Below are positions 58,755 to 64,000 of a stretch of DNA of 64,000 nt, piece by piece. This stretch comes from a virus: the IMG/VR virus record IMGVR_UViG_3300031857_000122, positions 4,965-68,964 of that record; one strand, given 5' to 3'. Below the pieces are notes generated by a model. That model did no database searches and was not told the DNA's origin. It saw only the letters and a list, made by a program, of their open reading frames with translations. Made by a program: the position numbers and the translations under genes. Every line of letters begins with the position of its first letter. Position 1 is the first letter of the stretch.

Positions 58755-58967
58755 TTAGTGTTTGTATGGTTTGCTTAATTGATGTGAGATGATGAGAACT
58801 TTCCGAAAGTCTTCGTTGCATTCCTGACATTCGAAGTGGGCGTACAATTCTGTGTCGTATTGCCCATACATTTCTAAGTCTTTACCCATTGCTAATGGTT
58901 CGTAGTCCACCATGCCACACTTGGTGCTTCCGCAGTTAGGACATTTGATTTTTTCTTCTGTTTCCAT
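58755..58967 (-). CDS. zinc-ribbon protein
   Basis: CPNC...CQEC. Confidence 0.65.
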   Translation of the reverse strand: METEEKIKCPNCGSTKCGMVDYEPLAMGKDLEMYGQYDTELYAHFECQECNEDFRKVLIISHQLSKPYKH

Positions 58968-58975
58968 ATTAGTAT

Positions 58976-59176
58976 TTATTGGTTAGTTGTTTTACATGAG
59001 TCAAGAAAGGATAGGATACATTCGTATTCCGACTTGTTGCCGTTGTTGTATGCGCTTGGCTCGTACTCGTTGTACAAGTGAATGATGCCCTCGTATTGAA
59101 TGTCATAAGGCTCATCAGAGATGCCGTTCACCGCCTCGTACAATTTGGTGAAGAGAAAGAAAGAGTAGGTGTTCAT
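58976..59176 (-). CDS. early hypothetical protein
   Basis: Preceded by CCAATACGAAC. Confidence 0.6.
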   Translation of the reverse strand: MNTYSFFLFTKLYEAVNGISDEPYDIQYEGIIHLYNEYEPSAYNNGNKSEYECILSFLDSCKTTNQ

Positions 59177-59190
59177 GTTCGTATTGGTTA

Positions 59191-59424
59191 TTAGTCTACT
59201 CTGAGAATGATTCCTTTGCTCTGCCCTACATCGCTGTTTGGCTTGAAGTACATTGATTGGAATTCTTCAAGGTCAAGAACCTCATCAAGTATCCTCTGTA
59301 TGGATAGGCAGAACTCCTCGTTTGATTCAAGTATTTCCTGAAGCGTCATGTTCGCCATCTCTATACCCTCAGTGCCGTACTCAAGTATGGCTATCTGATA
59401 TTGTCTTTTGCTATTTAGTTTCAT
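59191..59424 (-). CDS. early hypothetical protein
   Basis: Preceded by CCAATACGAAC. Confidence 0.6.
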   Translation of the reverse strand: MKLNSKRQYQIAILEYGTEGIEMANMTLQEILESNEEFCLSIQRILDEVLDLEEFQSMYFKPNSDVGQSKGIILRVD

Positions 59425-59436
59425 GTTCGTATTGGA

Positions 59437-59709
59437 TTATTTAAGTTTCTCATTAAGCCATGCCTCGATGGTTTCCCAATAGGTTACAGGGTTGCCGTCC
59501 CATTCGTTGCTTTCGTGTTCTTTCTCGAAAGCGTCAGTGAGGTCTTCGGCAAGTTCGTATAAGCCTCCGTGCCCTTGCGCCTCGTCGCGTTCGGCAACGA
59601 TGCCGTAAGGTTCTTCTTGCTGTGCTATAAGGGTGATGGCCTGCACCACCTCGTAATGGGTCTCCTGCCATGAGGTGAAGCCGTTCGGGAAATTCTTTTC
59701 TGTTGTCAT
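59437..59709 (-). CDS. early hypothetical acidic protein
   Basis: FPNGFTSWQETHYEVV. Confidence 0.65.
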   Translation of the reverse strand: MTTEKNFPNGFTSWQETHYEVVQAITLIAQQEEPYGIVAERDEAQGHGGLYELAEDLTDAFEKEHESNEWDGNPVTYWETIEAWLNEKLK

Positions 59710-59735
59710 ATTTATATTGGTTTACTTGTTTTCGT

Positions 59736-60020
59736 TTACCATCCACACATTGCCTCTTTGTAATTTTCATTTTGGCTGTGCGCCTCACGGCAGAGGCGTT
59801 CAACTTCTGCATCTTTGAACTCACCCCAAGGTCTAAAGGCAAGGTATTCTCCATATTGCCAGGCATAAGTTCCTATGCGTACATACTTGGCAAGTTCTTT
59901 CTGTTCTTCGGGGTCTTTCGTGATGGCGAAAATGTCTATTGTTTTAATCTGCCCGTACCTATCATGTGTGCATGTTCTGTAATATTTAATAAGTTTTTCT
60001 AATAGTGCTGATTTTTCCAT
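59736..60020 (-). CDS. early hypothetical protein
   Basis: Preceded by CCAATAAACAATACGAAC. Confidence 0.6.
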   Translation of the reverse strand: MEKSALLEKLIKYYRTCTHDRYGQIKTIDIFAITKDPEEQKELAKYVRIGTYAWQYGEYLAFRPWGEFKDAEVERLCREAHSQNENYKEAMCGW

Positions 60021-60041
60021 GTTCGTATTGTTTATTGGATA

Positions 60042-60254
60042 TTAGTCTTCGTGAATTTCCATGCCTGTGTAGAATAAGTCAGGGTAGTCGCATACATCCA
60101 TTACGGAGTCGCAATGTGGACATTCTATTTCCTCTGCCTCAGCATCGGCAAGGAGTACATTGCCACAATGTCCGCACGTTACAATGTTTACGCCAGCGTC
60201 TATGGCTTTGTTCTGTAGCGCAATTTGATGCAGGAATTTTTCTTTCTTAGTCAT
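60042..60254 (-). CDS. zinc-ribbon protein
   Basis: CGHC...CPHC. Confidence 0.65.
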   Translation of the reverse strand: MTKKEKFLHQIALQNKAIDAGVNIVTCGHCGNVLLADAEAEEIECPHCDSVMDVCDYPDLFYTGMEIHED

Positions 60255-60274
60255 GTCGTTACTTGTTTATTGGT

Positions 60275-60481
60275 TTACTTGTATGCTATCACTTTAATAA
60301 CTTCGTTCCACTTGAGTTGAAACTTTTGTCGGATGCCATTGCATGAGATAAGTGCGCCATGCTCTGTGAATCCGTACACCTTAGACCTACTCCGGTGTTT
60401 CCGGTAGGCAATGAGGCATTGGAAGGATATGGTATCGCCTACGCCGTAGGTGTATCCACGAGAATCTATTGGTGTTGTCAT
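60275..60481 (-). CDS. early hypothetical protein
   Basis: ORF in the array. Confidence 0.55.
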   Translation of the reverse strand: MTTPIDSRGYTYGVGDTISFQCLIAYRKHRSRSKVYGFTEHGALISCNGIRQKFQLKWNEVIKVIAYK

Positions 60482-60486
60482 GTTAC

Positions 60487-60864
60487 TTATTGGTTTGTGT
60501 TTGTAAATATTTCCACCCTCTGTTCGTGTTCTACTTTGAGGTCATTGTATAGGATGCCAAGTTCGTAAAGGAAGTTATCCTTCAGGGTGGTGGCATCAAT
60601 GCCATACTCTTCAAGTTGTATTCTGTTGCCGTTAAATACTGAGAACTCCAAGTCGTGAAGGTCAACGCCACTCTTATCATCCCACTCAAATTGCAGGGCC
60701 ATGTCATGCACCCTATCATGCACAATCCTGAGCAGGGTGATGTAGTCCGTTGCCGGAGGAGGAGCAGGTTGCTCGATGGAGTTGATGCAAGCTATTACAT
60801 CTTCCTTTGTGAACAGGCTACCAAGTGAAGCCTGTACATTGTCGATTACATTTTGCTTTGTCAT
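60487..60864 (-). CDS. early hypothetical protein
   Basis: Start reassigned to MTKQNV (ATG 60864), after an A-rich leader. Confidence 0.6.
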   Translation of the reverse strand: MTKQNVIDNVQASLGSLFTKEDVIACINSIEQPAPPPATDYITLLRIVHDRVHDMALQFEWDDKSGVDLHDLEFSVFNGNRIQLEEYGIDATTLKDNFLYELGILYNDLKVEHEQRVEIFTNTNQ

Positions 60865-60895
60865 ATTTATATTTGTTTTAATTGTTTTCTGTTTA

Positions 60896-61609
60896 TTAAT
60901 GTTCAAGAATCCATATTGATTTGCTACCCTTACCGGAAGTGCCGGAGCATAGCCCACAAGCGGAGCAGGTAGATTTGAATCCTGCCTCACTTGATGCAGG
61001 GCAATTAACGAAGGGCTTTGAGAGCCGTTCCTTTGAGGCAATGAAGGCACGAAAGCCAAGCCGTTCCGCATAGGTCATTTGCCTGTCGCTGTGCAATGAG
61101 GCCATAAGGAAAGGGGCATACTCAGGCTTCCGCATATATTGGTGGGTGTATCCCGTCCATGACTTGGAAGCGCCACACACCTGCGACATCAGAGGCAAGG
61201 GAATAAGCGAAGGTTCTCCGTATGTACCAAGCCTGACATATCTACCCTTTGCCATGCTTACAATTTGCTGTGCTATGCTGTCGCTGTATTCAGGAATGTC
61301 TTCCCATTGCTGTTTCTTGCCTATACTTCGCAGTGAGGAAAGGAAGCCTGCGTATTGCTGTGCCTTTGCCGTGTAACAGCCTCTGTTTTGGCTGAAGGGA
61401 CAATCAAAGCAGACAGCTTGGTCGGCTTTAAAGAAGGAGTCCATAGTTATCTGATGCCCTATGTTGGCAAGTTCGAATTGCTGTCGGCTGTAGCTGTATG
61501 TTTGGAACACAAGCTCTTTCTTGCCAGCAATTTTTGCGTTTCGTGTTGTGCCAAGGGTGAAGACGAAGAGTGCATCACCTTGTCTGTATTCAATCCGTTT
61601 TGCTTTCAT
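60896..61609 (-). CDS. Cys-rich Fe-S / radical-SAM-like phage protein (Gp88-like)
   Basis: CFDC..GCY, VRLGTYGEP, TGYTHQ, LMAS, CPAS..TCSACGLC. Confidence 0.6.
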   Translation of the reverse strand: MKAKRIEYRQGDALFVFTLGTTRNAKIAGKKELVFQTYSYSRQQFELANIGHQITMDSFFKADQAVCFDCPFSQNRGCYTAKAQQYAGFLSSLRSIGKKQQWEDIPEYSDSIAQQIVSMAKGRYVRLGTYGEPSLIPLPLMSQVCGASKSWTGYTHQYMRKPEYAPFLMASLHSDRQMTYAERLGFRAFIASKERLSKPFVNCPASSEAGFKSTCSACGLCSGTSGKGSKSIWILEH

Positions 61610-61662
61610 ATGTTTATTGGTAATTGTTTGCGAATGTCTGTCGGTTTGCTTTGCCGCCCTAC

Positions 61663-61824
61663 TTATTTAGTACGAGCGGAAATATACCTTGATGGAAAGC
61701 CGAATTCTGATTTGAACTTCATTACGGCTTCACGAATTGTATAGCCCATGTATTTGCGCTCCATTCTTTGCGTTCCAATCACCTCTGAGATGATTACGAA
61801 GCCGTTCTGTTTCTTGATAGTCAT
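61663..61824 (-). CDS. 53-aa early protein (absent from the ORF track)
   Basis: Hand translation MTIKKQNGFVIISEVIGTQRMERKYMGYTIREAVMKFK... Confidence 0.6.
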   Translation of the reverse strand: MTIKKQNGFVIISEVIGTQRMERKYMGYTIREAVMKFKSEFGFPSRYISARTK

Positions 61825-61837
61825 TGTTCGTATTGTT

Positions 61838-62059
61838 TTAGTCTTTGAATGCTAAGTGTTCCTGTACAATTTCGTTGAGGCTTTTGTACATATCCGGATG
61901 AATGAATGGGTTCTGCCATGCCTCCGGATTTTCTTCTATGGATTCCATAGTTATTTCCATGATTTTTAGAATGCGTTCCCGTAGTAGGGCGAAGCCAAGT
62001 TGAACTGGTTGTTTGTCTAAGGCTTTTACAAGTGCCTTAATTGCTTTGTCGTTTGTCAT
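61838..62059 (-). CDS. early hypothetical protein
   Basis: ORF with the leader motif. Confidence 0.6.
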   Translation of the reverse strand: MTNDKAIKALVKALDKQPVQLGFALLRERILKIMEITMESIEENPEAWQNPFIHPDMYKSLNEIVQEHLAFKD

Positions 62060-62084
62060 GTCTGTATTGGTTTTAGTTTGCTTT

Positions 62085-62372
62085 TTATTTTAGTGTGTGT
62101 CCTGTATGCATGACAGGGTGAAAGTTATCCGCTTTGAGTTTTTTGATAGCGTCAGGTATGTTTTTTGCATACATGATTCCGCCTTGACAATAGTTGTGGA
62201 TAAGCCACTTGTCGCCATTATAATATTCTGTTGGCTCAAATGATAGGTGAATCTGATTGCCTCTATCCACTAAGTCAAATCCCTTGCGCCTTAAACGGAT
62301 GCCCTGATATTTGTACTTTATTGGCACAATATTGAAGGCGTAATTGTCTGCAAATTTCTGTAATGTTTTCAT
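62085..62372 (-). CDS. early hypothetical protein
   Basis: ORF with the leader motif. Confidence 0.6.
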   Translation of the reverse strand: MKTLQKFADNYAFNIVPIKYKYQGIRLRRKGFDLVDRGNQIHLSFEPTEYYNGDKWLIHNYCQGGIMYAKNIPDAIKKLKADNFHPVMHTGHTLK

Positions 62373-62390
62373 GCCTGTATTGTTTGTTGG

Positions 62391-62615
62391 TTAGTCTTCT
62401 GTTTCTTCTGTCATTCCAAGGCTTTCATATATCCATTCTGAGTCAAACCAAAGGATATCATTTAGCTTTGTTTCGTCTATGCCGTCCGGATACAATTCTT
62501 CTATAAGGCTGTCGAATGCTTCTGATAAGCCTTCTTTGATGATGGCAAGTTGTGTCTGTTTTGCCCCACTCCAAGCATCGAATTGGCGCAAGGTTATTTC
62601 GCTGTACACTTTCAT
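62391..62615 (-). CDS. early acidic protein
   Basis: FDAWSGA...YPDGIDETKLNDILWFD, a family I recognise from Bacteroidota phages. Confidence 0.7.
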   Translation of the reverse strand: MKVYSEITLRQFDAWSGAKQTQLAIIKEGLSEAFDSLIEELYPDGIDETKLNDILWFDSEWIYESLGMTEETED

Positions 62616-62629
62616 TTTGTTTATTGGTT

Positions 62630-62791
62630 TTAGTTTGACAATTCATTTATTGCGCCGTGATAAGCGTCATCTGTCGATTCAAACACGAACGGCGAAGTAT
62701 AAACGCTTTTTTTGCCACAGTCTGAGGTGAAAATTATCTTGAAAGCTACGCCGTAGCCGTCAAAAAGATATTTTATTTCCATTGTTTCCAT
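62630..62791 (-). CDS. 53-aa first early protein (absent from the ORF track)
   Basis: Hand translation METMEIKYLFDGYGVAFKIIFTSDCGKKSVYTSPFVFESTDDAYHGAINELSN; leader AACCAATAAACAAA. Confidence 0.6.
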   Translation of the reverse strand: METMEIKYLFDGYGVAFKIIFTSDCGKKSVYTSPFVFESTDDAYHGAINELSN

Positions 62792-62809
62792 TTTGTTTAT
62801 TGGTTTTAA

Positions 62810-63328
62810 TTGGTTGCCTGTACACCTTCCGAAGGCTGTACGCTACATTGTTTCAAGCGTAGGTACAGGCAATGTAACATATAGACGTACCTATTCCGTA
62901 AGGCTATATGAGTTTTTTGGGCCGATTCATAGTCATGCCCGTTGATTGCATTTTTGTAAGTACGCAACATTGACGCCACTTACAGCCATTTTATTTCCCG
63001 TTGAAGATAGTCCATTCCTATTCCATGCAATATGAACACTCCCGTCCTATTTGCTGTTTTGGGGCATGGCTATCCATACTTTTTTAAGGTATGCAACGGC
63101 GCAATCTAATACGTCAAAGAACACTGCGAATTTCCGCGCTTGGAGATTCTGATACCATACGGACGCACAGGGTCAGAGAATAGCCGACAAAGGCGTTCCG
63201 TACAGCCAAAGTACATTTTTTAACATTTGGGCACATTTGTGCCAGACGGCTCAGAGCCGGAAGTAGCAAGCTACTTTGTGCAAGTCGTTTCTTAGTGGGC
63301 TTTGGCTTAGTGCCGTTCCCCTTTCGAC
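62810..63328 (-). ncRNA. candidate long structured leader / ncRNA
   Basis: No ORF of 60 aa or more; many nested helices; lies between the promoter at 63333-63340 and the first early gene. Confidence 0.45.
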
Positions 63329-63332
63329 CTTA

Positions 63333-63340
63333 CAAACATA
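63333..63340 (-). promoter_or_regulatory. early promoter -7 box TATGTTTG
   Basis: Consensus TAnnTTTG with an A/T-rich upstream region. Confidence 0.6.
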
Positions 63341-63649
63341 CGGCGGAAAATTGGATAAACAATAGGTTAGTAAAAAATAAATGTAAAAAAGTAACAGCAA
63401 AGGACATTTCATGTAAGGAATAAAGGCGTAAGTAGTTGGCTTTCAGTGTAGAAAAGAAAAGGAAGGATGTAAGTTAATGTAGTAAAGTAGTGGAAAAATA
63501 GTTTCCGGAAATGAAATGACGTTTCTACGTGCGCACGTGTAAGCAATTTTCCGGACAATTCAAAAAGAAAGTGAAAATAGGTAAAGGCAAGGAAGGAATG
63601 CCAACCCTTTCTTCTTTGCGATACGTTCTGAAATAGGAATGATTCTTAG

Positions 63650-63845
63650 TTACGTTCCGTTCCGGTTTGGTAGTTGCTATCCGTTGCTATCCGTTCCGGT
63701 TTAGGATTGGTCCCGTTCCGTTCCTTTGGCGTTCCGGTTTGGGCTTCATTTCCGGACCGCCTGAGCCGTCCGGCTTTCAATGGCCTACCTGAGCCGTCCT
63801 GAGCCGAAATCAGAGCCACGGGTTCGGGTTCGGTTCGGTTTCGGT
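63650..63845. repeat. short direct-repeat array (terminus-like)
   Basis: CGTTCCGGTTT x3 (63658, 63692, 63730), GTTGCTATCC x2, CTGAGCCG x3, GGTTC runs. Confidence 0.65.
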
Positions 63846-64000
63846 ACGGATAGCGACAGGGGCGGGTAGGGGGCGGGGCCGCCACTTTGTCCATTCAAAT
63901 GAATTTGCTTCCTGTACGCCACTTTGTATTCTGGTATCACTTTTCACTACGGGGGGCCTTTACGTTCCTACCCCACGCCTCCCTGGGGGCCCCTTTCGTC

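Noticed and set aside
57920-62810. CRISPR array or integron
   Set aside because: The repeats are short, degenerate, non-palindromic and separated by whole genes; there is no cas or integrase gene.
63646-63894. 82-aa ORF in the terminal repeats
   Set aside because: It is a translation of low-complexity repeats and has no leader motif.
1-64000. Stop-codon reassignment as in some crAss-like phages
   Set aside because: Long genes are intact in the standard code, and TAA, TAG and TGA all end tightly coupled genes.

Overview
A large part (possibly nearly all) of a dsDNA tailed phage genome; the many TAnnTTTG promoters point to a Bacteroidota host. From left to right it holds: a zincin gene; a lambda-like replication operon (HNH, initiator with internal iterons, DnaB, NinB-like, MazG-like) preceded by a c4-like antisense RNA structure; GroES genes; a crAss-like terminase; an opposite-strand glycosyltransferase/methyltransferase cassette; and tail ring genes. 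Then come two giant polyvalent ejection-type proteins (zincin, ADP-ribosyltransferase-like, ParB-like and GNAT modules) split by a ferritin gene, followed by tail stabiliser, portal, scaffold, major capsid, tail/fibre and lysis genes. A minus-strand block follows (LytTR, Gp157, SSB), then about 20 small early genes behind a ~500-nt structured leader and a repeat-rich, terminus-like end. I saw no DNA polymerase, RNA polymerase, integrase, tRNA or CRISPR array. The most notable leads are: (1) AT-rich effector modules in the giant proteins bounded by a recurring Q-[AF]-R peptide motif, a candidate processed polyprotein/cassette system; (2) the c4-like RNA switch; (3) the structured early leader, with a 15-bp inverted repeat bracketing the early region; (4) a shared promoter box that may be bound by the LytTR protein. 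All family calls come from motif recognition by eye; no searches were run.
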